A DNA stretch of 64,000 nt from Hyaloraphidium curvatum SAG 235-1 (GCA_025558095.1 JAIVFI010000017.1:667983-731982); one strand, 5' to 3'; shown: positions 46,601-57,734, numbered from the stretch's first letter. Numbers and translations: made by a program. The notes: generated from the sequence alone by a model not told the origin.

Positions 46601-47890
46601 ATGAACGGCAGGCGCGACAGGGATGTCGCGCCGGAGCTGCCGCTGCGGGCACTCGAGGCGATTCTCGAGCGCGAGGCGCCCGCCCCCGCGCCGTCGGCGC
46701 AGCCCGTGGCGCTCTCCGCCGCCGACCGCCACCGCCTCGCCGCTCTCGCGGCCGAACGCTCTTTCCTGGGCGTGGGGCAGTGGACTCTGAGCGAGGCGGA
46801 CCGCTTCTTCCTGTGCCGTGTCCGCACGGCCCTCTACCAGGACCTGCGTGCCCTGGGCCGCGGGGGAGACGGGCACCTGAGCGTTGCGCGCTTCCTGCCG
46901 ACGGGCGAGCTCCGTGCCCACAAGGTGATCGCGAAGCCCAAGGGCGCCGCCGCGGAGTACGCAGCGCGGGTCCTGCGGTCGCAGGCCTGCGCCATCCGGC
47001 CGATCACGGATTCTTGCCCCCTCATCGTTCTGTTCTACGAGGTGCACGACGACAGGGAGCGGATTCACACCTTCACTGAGCTGTGCGAGGTCGACCTCCA
47101 CCAGTACATTGCCACCCACGGCCACTTGGACGAACGCACGGCGGCGCAGGTGCTGACCCTCCTCCTTCGCGCCCTCGCCACGCTGCACTCCCACGGCATC
47201 GTGCATCGCGACGTCAAGGCACCCAACATCTTCCTGCGCGACATGACGAACCCCCTCTCCCTCACTCTCGGCGACCTGATCAGCTCGGCCGTGCTTCCCA
47301 GCGACGCCGACCTGCCGCCTGCTGCTGGCCTGCCCGACGACCGCACCTCGCTCTTCTCCCGGGAATCGGCCCTCAAAACGACCTGCGGAACGCCGCTGTG
47401 CATTTCCCCCGAGGTGGCGCTGGGCAAATCCTACGGACCAAAGGTGGACCTGTGGGCCGCGGGCATCCTGCTCTACCAGCTGTTCTGCGGCCGGACGCCG
47501 TTCGACGACGCCCGGAGCTACGTGACACTGTACCGCCGGATTGCGGCGGCGGACTACGCGATCCCGCCGGGGATAATACCGCCGGGCGCTGAGGATCTGC
47601 TTTCGAAGCTGCTGGAACCGGATCCGGGGCGGAGGCCATCGGCGGCCGAAGCGCTGCTGCATCCCTGGCTTGTGGAGGCGGCGGGGGACTTTGAGGCGAC
47701 GCCAAGACCGGTCCGGGCGGGCTCTTCCTGCCGGAAAGGTTGTGCGCAAGAAGAGGAGTCGGACGGTTCGGCGACCCTCGTCGCAGAGATGATGCTGTCG
47801 GGAGCGCAGGTCGAGTTTGACTTTGCGACCGGGACGCTCAAGGTGGCAGGAGGCGGAGAAAAGGAGCGAGCGAGTTTGTTGACGTCGTGA
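46601..47890 (+). CDS. Atypical intronless kinase (kinase 3)
   Basis: GRGGDG, RAHK, HRDVKAPN, GDLI in place of DFG, CGTPLCISPE, DLWAAG. Confidence 0.85.
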   Translation: MNGRRDRDVAPELPLRALEAILEREAPAPAPSAQPVALSAADRHRLAALAAERSFLGVGQWTLSEADRFFLCRVRTALYQDLRALGRGGDGHLSVARFLPTGELRAHKVIAKPKGAAAEYAARVLRSQACAIRPITDSCPLIVLFYEVHDDRERIHTFTELCEVDLHQYIATHGHLDERTAAQVLTLLLRALATLHSHGIVHRDVKAPNIFLRDMTNPLSLTLGDLISSAVLPSDADLPPAAGLPDDRTSLFSRESALKTTCGTPLCISPEVALGKSYGPKVDLWAAGILLYQLFCGRTPFDDARSYVTLYRRIAAADYAIPPGIIPPGAEDLLSKLLEPDPGRRPSAAEALLHPWLVEAAGDFEATPRPVRAGSSCRKGCAQEEESDGSATLVAEMMLSGAQVEFDFATGTLKVAGGGEKERASLLTS

Positions 47891-47979
47891 GAAGATGAAG
47901 ATCTGTAACATCGACTGCACGCTTCTGTGTCACGTGTGGCCCATCAATTCGCCTGGAGTGGGGTCGTTCTCGGCAACCT

Positions 47980-48654
47980 TCAGTCCCTGGGGAACAGTTC
48001 CCACGCCGCCGATTGTTCCTCGTCGATCTCGATGTCCTCGGGAGGGCTGCGAATCCACCGGAGCGCCGACCCGCCTTCTCCAATGATCCCGTAGAACCGA
48101 ACGAAATGGAGGTAACCGCGTCCGTCGTGCTCGGCGCGGGTGACGACTGGCTCGTGCGGCGCGTTGTAGCAGAGCGAAGGCACCAGGTATCCGGTCGTCA
48201 TGAGCTCTGCCTGGGGGCAGTAGGGCGAACCGATCGGAACGCCTTGCTTGGGGACCCAGGTGCGCCATTCGACGTCGAGTGCGGTGCCCGGCTTGGCCTC
48301 GACCTGCGCCTCGATCCCCGCGACGACCTCGCCGGCGGTCAGCTCACGCCGGCGCATCTCGATCTCGGTGTGCATGCCCTTGAACCCCTTGAGCCCACCG
48401 GTCTGCAGCGCCCTCCGGCGGGCACGCCTGTTCATGTGCGGCAGCCGGTCGAACACGACCTTCTCCTTCTCCTCGACGGTCCACCACGTCACCGCGCTGC
48501 CGCCGATGGTCCTGTCGCCGACGAAGCGGACCGCCAGGTGTGCGTGGGCGAACGGGTACCGGAGCACGTCGGCGACGAGCGCTGCCTGCGCCGTCTCGCC
48601 GGAGGCGGAAGCGAAGGCGCCGGCGCCGCGGGCTGTGGCCTCCGGCGTCGCCAT
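47980..48654 (-). CDS. Hypothetical protein
   Basis: GC3-biased ORF starting MATPEATARG; no family recognised. Confidence 0.55.
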   Translation of the reverse strand: MATPEATARGAGAFASASGETAQAALVADVLRYPFAHAHLAVRFVGDRTIGGSAVTWWTVEEKEKVVFDRLPHMNRRARRRALQTGGLKGFKGMHTEIEMRRRELTAGEVVAGIEAQVEAKPGTALDVEWRTWVPKQGVPIGSPYCPQAELMTTGYLVPSLCYNAPHEPVVTRAEHDGRGYLHFVRFYGIIGEGGSALRWIRSPPEDIEIDEEQSAAWELFPRD

Positions 48655-48742
48655 GTGGATGAGGTTGTGGGAGAGACGTGTCGCGGGAACGATGACTCGG
48701 CGCGACCCCAATAAGCTACATACAACAGACAAACCAGTACAA

Positions 48743-50086
48743 TCATCCGTCGCCTGCGAGGTCCAGCGCCTTCTTCCGCATCCTGCAGTGCAGCCTGTGC
48801 GCCCCGAACTTGAGGAAATCCTCCTCGTCCAGCCTCTCAAGCGCCTCCTCGATCTTCACCCCGAAATGCGACGTCCTCCCCGTCTCTTTGTGGATCCGGT
48901 TCCAGCACGCCCTCTGGCACGCGGGGGAGCAGTACGCCGTCGTCCGACATCCGCCACAGACAAGCAGCGGGCCCGAGGAGGACCCGGCGAGGTCGAGCTG
49001 CCTGACGGCCGCGAGCTGCGCGGCCTTGTCCTTCTTGCAATTGCTGTTGCAGCACCGCAGGGGTGCCTTCCACTCCGAGGCCGGGGGCACCTCGTAGCCC
49101 GCCTGCCCGGGGAACGGGCCCTTGCCGGGCTGGCCGGGGTGCCGCTTCTCCCACATTGCCGCGACAAGGGGCGCATCTTCCTTCTCGACCAGCGGGTCGC
49201 CCGGGACGGCTTCCAGCCCGGCGTTCCAGAGCACCTCGGGCCACCTCTGCGGCAGCGTGAGGCGGTACCGGTGGTAGACCGTCTCGTAGGCCTGCCTGAG
49301 GAGCTTGACCGCCTCGGCACGGGTCTTTTGCACAAAGAGGAGGTCGGAGAGGAGGGGGCTGAGGGTGTCGAGAACCTCGTACTGGCCGTTCCCGCGGAGC
49401 GCGAGGGGGAGCATCGCCCGTAGGCAGCCGCACAGCGCGACGGCCGCCCTCTCGGCGACGGCAGGGTCGCACGACTCGAAGGCCACGTAGGAGATGGCGT
49501 CGCACACGACCGAGAGGCCGAACCAGCGGTCGTTGCGGGTCTGCACGTCCGGGATAGAGGGGAATATGACCAGCATTGCCAGGAGGGGCTTCAGCGCGGC
49601 GGGACCCATGGCGGCCAGGGCGGCGACCAGCGTCGGCTTGTCGACGTCGCCGATTTCGAAGCTGAAGTTGTGCTCCATCTGCAGCGCCTTTTTCGCGAGC
49701 TTCTCGGCCGCGGCGTCGGCGGCCTCGGGTCCGATGCGGATGAGGGCGTGGAGGGCGTGCAGGGTGGCGTGAGGCCCCGTGTCGTCGAATTCCCGCCCGC
49801 GGAGGGCATCCAGTTCGCGGCTCGTCGCGATGTCGGCCAGGAGGCCAGCATCGGCGACAGTGAACCCCTCCGACGCGCGAGCGACCGAGTCCGAGGTCAC
49901 GAGCTTCTCGCGCGCCCGGCCGACCTCGAACAGGGGCCGGAATTTGGGAGGATATTTGGCCGCAATGCGGGCCCCGGCCTTGGAAAGGCGGTGGCGGAAG
50001 GGCGAGGAAATGGTCGAAGACGGGTAAAGCCCTTGCTCCTTCGCGCTCCCGGTAGATGGCCTTCGTTCGGGGCGAGAACGCGTCAT
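48743..50086 (-). CDS. Helical-repeat protein with a C-terminal MYND finger
   Basis: CCNSNC...VCGGCRTTAYCSPACQRACW...HRLHC; HEAT-like N-terminal segments. Confidence 0.75.
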   Translation of the reverse strand: MTRSRPERRPSTGSAKEQGLYPSSTISSPFRHRLSKAGARIAAKYPPKFRPLFEVGRAREKLVTSDSVARASEGFTVADAGLLADIATSRELDALRGREFDDTGPHATLHALHALIRIGPEAADAAAEKLAKKALQMEHNFSFEIGDVDKPTLVAALAAMGPAALKPLLAMLVIFPSIPDVQTRNDRWFGLSVVCDAISYVAFESCDPAVAERAAVALCGCLRAMLPLALRGNGQYEVLDTLSPLLSDLLFVQKTRAEAVKLLRQAYETVYHRYRLTLPQRWPEVLWNAGLEAVPGDPLVEKEDAPLVAAMWEKRHPGQPGKGPFPGQAGYEVPPASEWKAPLRCCNSNCKKDKAAQLAAVRQLDLAGSSSGPLLVCGGCRTTAYCSPACQRACWNRIHKETGRTSHFGVKIEEALERLDEEDFLKFGAHRLHCRMRKKALDLAGDG

Positions 50087-50118
50087 CTACGCGTTCGCCC
50101 CCTCTTTTTGAACTTGTT

Positions 50119-51316
50119 ATGTCGCTGGCATGGCAGGATGTCGCTGAGGGCGGTGTCCCCGGTCAGCGCCCGGAAAAACGCGTCGCCAACCTGGCGACGC
50201 TCCCTTCTGAAATCCTCCTCCTCATCTTCCCTCTCCTGGACCTCGGATCTCTCCTTGCTATGAAGGACGTGTGTCACAGCTTCTCGGGGCCGTGCCGTTC
50301 GCTTGCCCTGGAAAAGCTGGTGCTCCCGGTGCCTCCCGCCGCCTTTCCGTGGCAGCCCGCACAAGCCAGGTGTACCATGCCGCACCTCTGGAAATTCTCC
50401 CTGGAGCGGCGATCCTCCTGCTCGAACCCGGACAACCCGCCACTCGAGTCTCTAAATCTCGGTGAAGACGCCCACCGGCACCCACTCTCGCTCCACCGCC
50501 TCATCCCCGCCTTCCTCGACGAGACGCTGGGCCCGCCGCCGGAGCGGTATACCACCCAGCTCGCGCTGTGGCACCGTTCCCCCCACCCGGTTGGTACGGG
50601 GAGGTTCATCGACATGGAGCGGGAGTTTGCGCGCTAGTGCCGGCGGCTCGGCAAGGCGCGTTCGCGGACTTCGGTGGCGTACGAAGAGCTGCGGGAGAAG
50701 GGGAAGAGGACGCCGAGGGCCGGGTGCGCCCTGGTTTGGATGCTCTGGGGGAGGTGGGCACAGGCGGCGCCGGACCTTCCAGCGTGCTGACGCCGGCGCG
50801 AGGACTTTCCCGTTCACCAAGCAGGAAAACGACGCGCGGAGGGCCCGCAGGGCGAAGACGGCAGCGGAACTCGCTTCCCAATGGGCGTCGAGTACGGTCT
50901 CGATCGAGCCAGCTCGCAGACCGTTCGTCGCTCCCCCAACGGACGCCCTCTCGTCCCTCTCCATCTCCGATGCCGCGACCACCCGCGCCCCCTCCCTCCC
51001 CTGCGGCTCCGATCCCTCTCCAACGATTGCCGCCTTCGCCCATGACCCCTCCGCCGACCTCCTGCTTTTCAACGCCGTCTGCGGGTGCGAACCCCGCGAG
51101 GTCTCGCGAGCATGGTACGAAAAACCGGGTGCGTGGCTCGGATGGGAAGCTCACCGGACCGAGGGCAGCATGCACGGGGGGCCAGACGTGCTCTGGCGGA
51201 CAGTGCAGGGCCAGCTAGGCGGCTTCCAGCGAGATCGCGGCTTCCAGCGAGATCGGATTCACAGGAGACGACGAGATCACGGACGGGGTATCGCTGTACA
51301 GGGCCGGAGAAGATGA
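50119..51316 (+). pseudogene. F-box protein, apparently interrupted by an in-frame TAG at 50635-50637
   Basis: LATLPSEILLLIFPLLDLGSLLAMKDVCHSF; coding-like sequence continues past the stop; an unrecognised intron is not excluded. Confidence 0.55.
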
Positions 51317-51345
51317 AGTCACGGATCCTTGACGGCCCGGAAGGC

Positions 51346-52614
51346 TCAACTAATCGTGCCGTCCCCGGCCACCCTCAAAGTCCCCGTAGCAAAATCGAAA
51401 TCGACCTCGGCCCCCGACAGCATCATCGCCGCCGCCCTCTCCGCATCCCGCCCAACCATCGGCTCCCCTACTGACGGGGCCGACGTGGTGCTCAGGTCCG
51501 TGGACGACACCGAACCCATCCGCGCCTTCCTCGGCGGCGCCTCGAAATGACCCGCCGCTGCGACCAGCCAAGGATGCCGCATCGCCTCCGCCGCCGACGG
51601 CCTCCTCCCCGGATCCGGGTCCAGCAGGCGCGACAGGAGGTCCGCGGCGCCGGGGGGGATCATCCCGGGGGGAACCGAGTAGTCGGCGAGGGGGATGCGG
51701 CGGTACAGTTCGAGGTAGCTCCGCGAGTCTTCGAACGGGGTGCGCAGGCAGAAGAGCTGGTAGAGCAGGATGCCGGCGGCCCACAAGTCCACCTTTGGCC
51801 CGTAAGGTCTGCCGAGGGCCACCTCGGGGGACAGGCACAGCGGCGTGCCGCACGAGGTCCGCAGCGCCGCCTCCAGCGAAAAGAGGGAGGTGGCGTCGTC
51901 CGGCAGCCCGTCGGCGGGGCCGAGCACGGTGCCGGGGGGATTCACGGCGGAGCTGATGAGGTCGCCGACGGCGAGGGAGAGGGGGTCGCCCATGTCGCGG
52001 AGGAAGATGTTGGGCGCCTTCAAATCCCGGTGAACGATGCCGTGAGCGTGCAGGGTGGCGACGGCGCGGAGGACCAGGGTCAGCACGCGGGCGACGGTGC
52101 GTTCGCCCAGGGGGGCGTGGGCGGCGATGTACCGCTGCAGGTCGCCCTCGCACAGCTCGCTGAAGGTGTGCATGGCGTCGGGCCCGTCGTGGGCCTCGAA
52201 GAAGAAGACAATCTGCGGGCACGCGTCGGTGATTGGGCGGACGGCGCACGACACGGCGCGCAGGGCGCGGGCGGCGCGGTCGGCGTCGGGGCTCGGGCCG
52301 GGCGGCTTGGGGATGAGCTTGTGCACGCGCAGCTCGCCGGTCGGTCGGAAGCGGGCCACGCTCACGTGGCCGTCGCCCCCACGGGCGAGCCGCCGCAGGT
52401 CCTTGTAGAGCCGCACGCGCACGCCCGCGAGGAAGTGGCGGTCGGCCTCGCACAGCGCCCACTGCCCGACGCCGAGCACGTCCGGGTGCGCCGCCAGTGC
52501 CGCGAGCCGCACGCGGTCCGCGGGGGAGAGCTCGAGTTCGGCCGCGGCCGCGTCCGGCGCCGGCGTTTCGCGCGCGACCAGCGCCTCCAGCGTTCCGAGG
52601 GGGAGGTCCGGCAT
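51346..52614 (-). CDS. Atypical intronless kinase (kinase 4), paralogue of kinase 3
   Basis: ARGGDG, RVHK, HRDLKAPN, GDLI, CGTPLCLSPE; colinear with kinase 3. Confidence 0.85.
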   Translation of the reverse strand: MPDLPLGTLEALVARETPAPDAAAAELELSPADRVRLAALAAHPDVLGVGQWALCEADRHFLAGVRVRLYKDLRRLARGGDGHVSVARFRPTGELRVHKLIPKPPGPSPDADRAARALRAVSCAVRPITDACPQIVFFFEAHDGPDAMHTFSELCEGDLQRYIAAHAPLGERTVARVLTLVLRAVATLHAHGIVHRDLKAPNIFLRDMGDPLSLAVGDLISSAVNPPGTVLGPADGLPDDATSLFSLEAALRTSCGTPLCLSPEVALGRPYGPKVDLWAAGILLYQLFCLRTPFEDSRSYLELYRRIPLADYSVPPGMIPPGAADLLSRLLDPDPGRRPSAAEAMRHPWLVAAAGHFEAPPRKARMGSVSSTDLSTTSAPSVGEPMVGRDAERAAAMMLSGAEVDFDFATGTLRVAGDGTIS

Positions 52615-52852
52615 TCTCTCGAGGTCGGTGCGGCCTGTCAAAGCGGGGAGGACCGCACAGGCGACCGGATACGATGGGGTGGGGATTAGGAGGTTGGCCC
52701 CAGCCGCCAGGGACCGTCCGCCCCTGACGTCGGCCGAGCCCAGTGGCCGCCCTTCTCGCGCAGGACTTCCGGTTCCCGATCCCGTATCCCGCCGATTCGT
52801 TCCCGATCCGTGGTTCCAGCACGTTCGAGCCGATCGCGGAAAGGACTCAGCT

Positions 52853-53950
52853 TCATCCGGCTGATCCCCGAACGCCGGACCGAAGGAGCGAGCCAGCGAG
52901 CTCCCGCACCCGCTGCATCGTCCCACCCGCCTCGTAAGCCTCGAAAAAAAGCGGTCTCGCCAGCGCCGACACCGCGGCCCCTGTGAGCACCGTGCGCACC
53001 GGCCTCGAAGGCACCGGCAACCCGAGCGCGACCCAAACCCGCTCGAAAGCGACCATCGGTGCCTGCAGGGAGAAGAACAGGAACCACCGCCAGCCTCCAC
53101 GAAATCCGCCCGCGGCGGCGGGGTAGAGAACGACGGCGTGCCACAAGCCGGTGGCGAGGAAGGCGGACTGCAGCCCGAGGAGGCGCCGCCAGGTGGGGAT
53201 CGCACGGTGCGGGGGATAGCCGCCGCACGACGGGCGACCGTCCACCACGAAAGGCGGCACAAGGGTCCCGTCGATGATGGGATCCCTAGCCAGCGCCGCG
53301 ACCACCCTCCCCGCCACCACGTTCCACCGCCTCCCCCACAGCTCGCCGACCGACCCGGCAAGCCACGGCGCCTCGAACCCCCGTCCCGTGCGGAGACGCA
53401 ACGGCGGGAGCGCTGCGAGGAGGCGGGAGAAGTCCCAGAAAGCACCGAGGGAGAGGGACATGGCAGTGCCGCGGAGGAAGGTGGAAAGGAGGGGTACGAG
53501 GGATGCGTCGGACAGGAGGAAGACAGCGGGAGCGGCGAGGGCCTGCCAGAGGGCGGAAAAAGCGAGGTGTTTGGGGGTTAAGGGATGTCCGCCCTCCAGC
53601 CATTCGCGTCGACTCGGAGGCATCACGGGGAGGATGGCCCACGCGAGAAAGATGGTGGCGGGGCTTTCCGCGACCTCAACGAGAGGCCCCCGTCCGACCG
53701 CGAAGGCGAGGCACTTGAACGCCACGAGGGAGCACAGTCCGACGATGAGCGTCAGCGCGACCGATTCCCGCGGGAGGAAGAGCAGCCGGGCGCCGAAGAG
53801 GAGCAGCGCGGCGGGGAGGGCGGCGGCGAGGCGGGCGAGGGAGCCGGGAGGGGAGAAGCGGGACAGCCTCGCGGACAAGGTGGTAACGCAGGCTGCGAGG
53901 GCACATAGAAGCACCCGGAAAACGAACGGGGTGCCGAAGAACCCGAGCAT
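52853..53950 (-). CDS. MBOAT wax-synthase-type O-acyltransferase
   Basis: Very hydrophobic; FEAPWLAGSVGELWGRRWN; AFLATGLWH (catalytic His); FFSLQ. Confidence 0.85.
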   Translation of the reverse strand: MLGFFGTPFVFRVLLCALAACVTTLSARLSRFSPPGSLARLAAALPAALLLFGARLLFLPRESVALTLIVGLCSLVAFKCLAFAVGRGPLVEVAESPATIFLAWAILPVMPPSRREWLEGGHPLTPKHLAFSALWQALAAPAVFLLSDASLVPLLSTFLRGTAMSLSLGAFWDFSRLLAALPPLRLRTGRGFEAPWLAGSVGELWGRRWNVVAGRVVAALARDPIIDGTLVPPFVVDGRPSCGGYPPHRAIPTWRRLLGLQSAFLATGLWHAVVLYPAAAGGFRGGWRWFLFFSLQAPMVAFERVWVALGLPVPSRPVRTVLTGAAVSALARPLFFEAYEAGGTMQRVRELAGSLLRSGVRGSAG

Positions 53951-54352
53951 TTTTCGGGAGTTGGCAGGCCACGGGCCGGGAAATAGCGCAAGCCAACGAA
54001 TAAACGCAATCCCTGCGAAAATCCCGAAACTCCGCGAGGATTCCAGACCTCAATCAGGGGTGAGTAGGTACTCCTCGTCATGCAGCCTTCGCGATGCTCT
54101 CTCTGACCTCGTACAAGTGACCCCGGTGGGCGCACGGACCACGCTGCTCGTCACCCCGCAGAGGCAGCGACGTGCCCAGCCTCTGCGGGTTCTGAACCTC
54201 TGCAAGGCAGAACTCCATGGCAGACGCCGTCGATCTTCCCGCCGACCCAGCGAAAGGACGTCACGATCGGATCGGTACCGGGATGCACCACGGCCGGGCT
54301 CCAGCCACCCCGAGCCTCTTTTTCACCCCAAGGGACAGGCCGGCCGGACCGC

Positions 54353-56521
54353 AATGCCCCGCCCGACGCGGGCACCGGCGTGCCAGAACTGCGAACGGAG
54401 GAAGCGCCCGTGCCGCCCCGCGCCGGCCAAGGACGGCCGCCCTCCGGAATGCCAGCGCTGTCGTAAGTTCAGCGAGGAGGGCCGGTCGAGAGCGGCCTGT
54501 CGCGGCGGCAGCGGGAGCGGCTGCGGAGGGGGCTGCTGCATGCAGACGGAGAGAGCGATTCGCAGTCGGCGGGGGACTCGGCGGGCCCGAGCCGGATGGC
54601 GGGCTCCGGCCGTGGCTCGACGGCGTTGCCCGCCGTCTCGTCCTCTGGCTCGCCTCCTTCTCGATCGGAGCCCGAAGCCGGGGCTCTTCGCGTGGTCGCC
54701 GACCGGGGCAGCGGAACGGCTTCGTCGTCCACCCCGCCGGAAAGCTCCGTGCCGCCACCGCATTCAGGCGACCGTGTCGCCGCCGCCGCCGAAGACGTGC
54801 CCGCTCTTCCCGATTTCCTGGAGCTTGCGGATCCCCCGCCGTCCCCGGCAGCGCCCTCGGCTGGCTTGCTCGGCTTCCTCGACCTGCCGCACGTGGCGGA
54901 CCCCTTCCCCCTCCCTCCCGTGCCCTCCGCCCCGGCCCCGCACCCCTCGGGCGACGTTCCCGACGCCCTCCTCTTCGCAGGCATCGCCTCCTACTGGGCC
55001 ACGCACCAGGTCATCACCCCCATCCTGCACCGCCACGCCTTCGAGCACGCCTTCCTGGACCGCAGCCCGCTCTACGGCCCGCGCCCGATCGCGCTCCTGT
55101 TTGCCATGGCAGCCCACGGGATCCGCAACGCACCCCTGGTGCTTCCCGAGGCCGAGAGGCTGCGGTGTGCGGGGGCGTGCTTCGCGAGGGCAAAGGCCCT
55201 GCTGCTGGCGGGGTTCCTAGGCAGCCCGGTCCGGCCCGTGTCGCCGCTGGAGGCGGCGCAGGCGGGGCTGCTGCTGTTTCAGTTTGCGCTGCCGAACATC
55301 ATGGCCGCGGATCTCGACCCGCTGGCGCCCTTCTTCGCCACCATGGTGGCTTCCCTGGAGGGCGAAATCGGCGCCGCGCCCGCTGCCGGGGAGGATGGCT
55401 GGGCGCGGCTGCGAAGGGAGTTCGTCGGCCGCCTCAAGATCGAGCTCATCTCGCAGGACTGCACCATCGCGGGGATCAAGAACCGGCCGCTGTTCCGGTC
55501 GGACTACTTTTCCGGGCCCGTGGCGATGCCCGCGGCCGAGTGGCACGTCGAGGCCCGGCCCGGAGGGGGGCTCGACGTCACCCTGGGGGAGATGGCCTCG
55601 CGGGTACCGATCTCGGTGGACCTCTCCCCGCTGCTGGCGCCCGTGCCGAACCTCGGCAGGATCGCGGCCGCGCTGGCGGGCATCATGCCCGCCGTCCTCG
55701 CCGGGCATTGCAGCCGGATGGCGCTGACATACTGCAACTCGGCGCTCGCAGTCATGCAGGCCCGCCTGCGGGACCTCGCGGCGTCGGCGGCGATCGACCC
55801 CGTGCGGCTCGCCACGCGGGCTCCCGGGCCCGGCGACACCCCCGAGGAGGTGCTCTACCGCCTCTGGGCGTCTGCGATCGACACGGCCGTCGACACCCTC
55901 GCCGACACCGTTCCGGATCCCATCGGCCCCGCCCTACGCGCGGGGAACCCCAACCCGCTGTTCGCCTACGCCCCCCTCGCCTTCCCCGACGCCGGCCACG
56001 CGCATTCGTTCCTCTCCAATTACATGTCGCGGTGCGCCGCCGGCATCCGCGCCTGGCTCGCCGCCCCCGAAGCGGGGCCCACCGACCCGGCATTCTTCAC
56101 CTCGCGGCCGTTCGTCTCGGCGGTGGAGTGGGCCATCGTCGCGACGGACCTGATGCGGGGGCAGCTCGCCGCCGACCCGCACCTGGTCCACGTGGCGCCG
56201 ACGGCCGCGGTCCCGGCCACGGCGATCGGCGGCCTGCAGCTGGCCACGGCGGCGTCGCTCGCCTCGGCGGGGAACTTTGCCGCCGCCGGGCGGATGCTCG
56301 ACGACGCCGAGGCGGTGCTGGCGTGGGGGTCGGCGCTGGCGGCACAGATGAGGCCGCTGGGGTCCGCGATCGCGGGGGCGTTCGCGGAGCGCGTGGGGAG
56401 GGCGAGGGCGATGGCGGAGAGGGGGCAGAGGGCTGTGCTGGAGGCGGCGTTCGCGAGGGAGGTGATGGCGGGGGAGGAGGTTACGCGGACCATGCTCAGC
56501 GTCCGGGAGCTGGTCGCGTAG
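54353..56521 (+). CDS. Zn(II)2Cys6-like fungal transcription factor with an incomplete cluster and a frame break near 54465-54545
   Basis: ACQNCERRKRPC...ECQRC; downstream YW.....PILH...F and LLFAMAA pattern typical of the fungal TF middle region. Confidence 0.7.
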
Positions 56522-56693
56522 GGAGGTGCGCGCGAGGAGCGTAAGAGCCGTGGGGTGAGGGGCAGGAGGGTGGCGGGCGAGCGGCACGGTGTATCATCAA
56601 GGAACGGTACATCTAAAGCTTGGCCCGAATGGTCTCCGGAACCTCCTCCCTGAAGGCTTCGACGGAGATGGCGCGGTAAGGTCGACGTTCGCC

Positions 56694-57734
56694 TTACGCC
56701 GGACGCAACCCACTAGCAAAGATGGTGCTGTCGACCAATCCGCCCCTCCGCAGTGGCTCGATCTCGCGGAAACCCTTGCTCCCCGTCATACCGGCGAAAA
56801 CGTAGCTCGAGGGATACTCCATAACCAAAAACTCGTCCCAGACGACAGCCTTCCCGACCTCGACAGCGCTACCCGAGCGGCGCACCTCGCGCAGGGAAAA
56901 GCCAGCAAGAGGGAACGCCAGCATCGCGCCCAGCGGCACCGCGTACCGGGCAACGGCGCGGGTGTAGGCCTTGTAGCTCGCCTCCCCGCCGCCGGGCCGG
57001 AACTTGAGCAGGTTGAGCATGCCCACGGGCTGGGAGGGCGAGCCGGGGACGTCGTCTGGGATGGGGGTCGCGGGGTAGAGCCACGTCGAGGCAAAGCGGT
57101 GCGAATTGACGACGTCCCCGGCGGTGGTCATGATGGCGCCTTTGGTGGGCGGGGGAGGCTCGGAGCCGAGAGAGGCCAGCGCGGACTCGAAGCCCTCGGA
57201 GATCTTCTTCGCGCCGCCGTAGTCGAGCACCTTGAAACGCGCTTCGGGAGGGTCCTCCTTGATGCCTTCGCGCTCGTTGCGGTTGGCCGTCTCCAGGCCG
57301 CGGCGGAGCATGTCCTGAAGCGGCGGGGCAGTCCCGGGAGACACCTTGGCCGAACCGTGCTCGCGAGCCCAGTTCTCACGGTAGGCCGCCGCGATCTTTG
57401 TGACCCGTGCCTCATCTGCAGGAGGCAGGCCGGCCGCCTCGAAGCGGTCGCAGGCAAAGTGTGCCGCGTCCACAGGCGATGCCCGCACGTATGCCGCGAG
57501 CTCCTCCTTCCCCGGGTGCAGACAAACGACCACCGCGTCAAAGACATTCCGCGGAACGCGCGAGTCGGGGCGCAGGACGCCCGGCTCGGCGCCGGAAGGG
57601 GAGGGGAAGGGCATGGCCGATGAGCGCGAGAAGTAAACGACGCGGGATCCGCCGGGCAGCGAATCAAGCAGCGCACGCGACGGAGGGTCGCGGAAGAGGT
57701 GCAGAGCGAGGACGGGGGCGTTAGAGGCCGGCAT
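56694..57734 (-). CDS. Protein with a C-terminal DUF1330-like (dimeric alpha+beta barrel) domain
   Basis: VGMLNLLKFR...YKAY...WDEFLVMEYPS...F.EI..LR..GL.DS. Confidence 0.7.
   Translation of the reverse strand: MPASNAPVLALHLFRDPPSRALLDSLPGGSRVVYFSRSSAMPFPSPSGAEPGVLRPDSRVPRNVFDAVVVCLHPGKEELAAYVRASPVDAAHFACDRFEAAGLPPADEARVTKIAAAYRENWAREHGSAKVSPGTAPPLQDMLRRGLETANRNEREGIKEDPPEARFKVLDYGGAKKISEGFESALASLGSEPPPPTKGAIMTTAGDVVNSHRFASTWLYPATPIPDDVPGSPSQPVGMLNLLKFRPGGGEASYKAYTRAVARYAVPLGAMLAFPLAGFSLREVRRSGSAVEVGKAVVWDEFLVMEYPSSYVFAGMTGSKGFREIEPLRRGGLVDSTIFASGLRPA

Noticed and set aside
51219-51256. 18-bp tandem duplication GGCTTCCAGCGAGATCG
   Set aside because: Only two copies, consistent with local slippage at the end of the F-box pseudogene.
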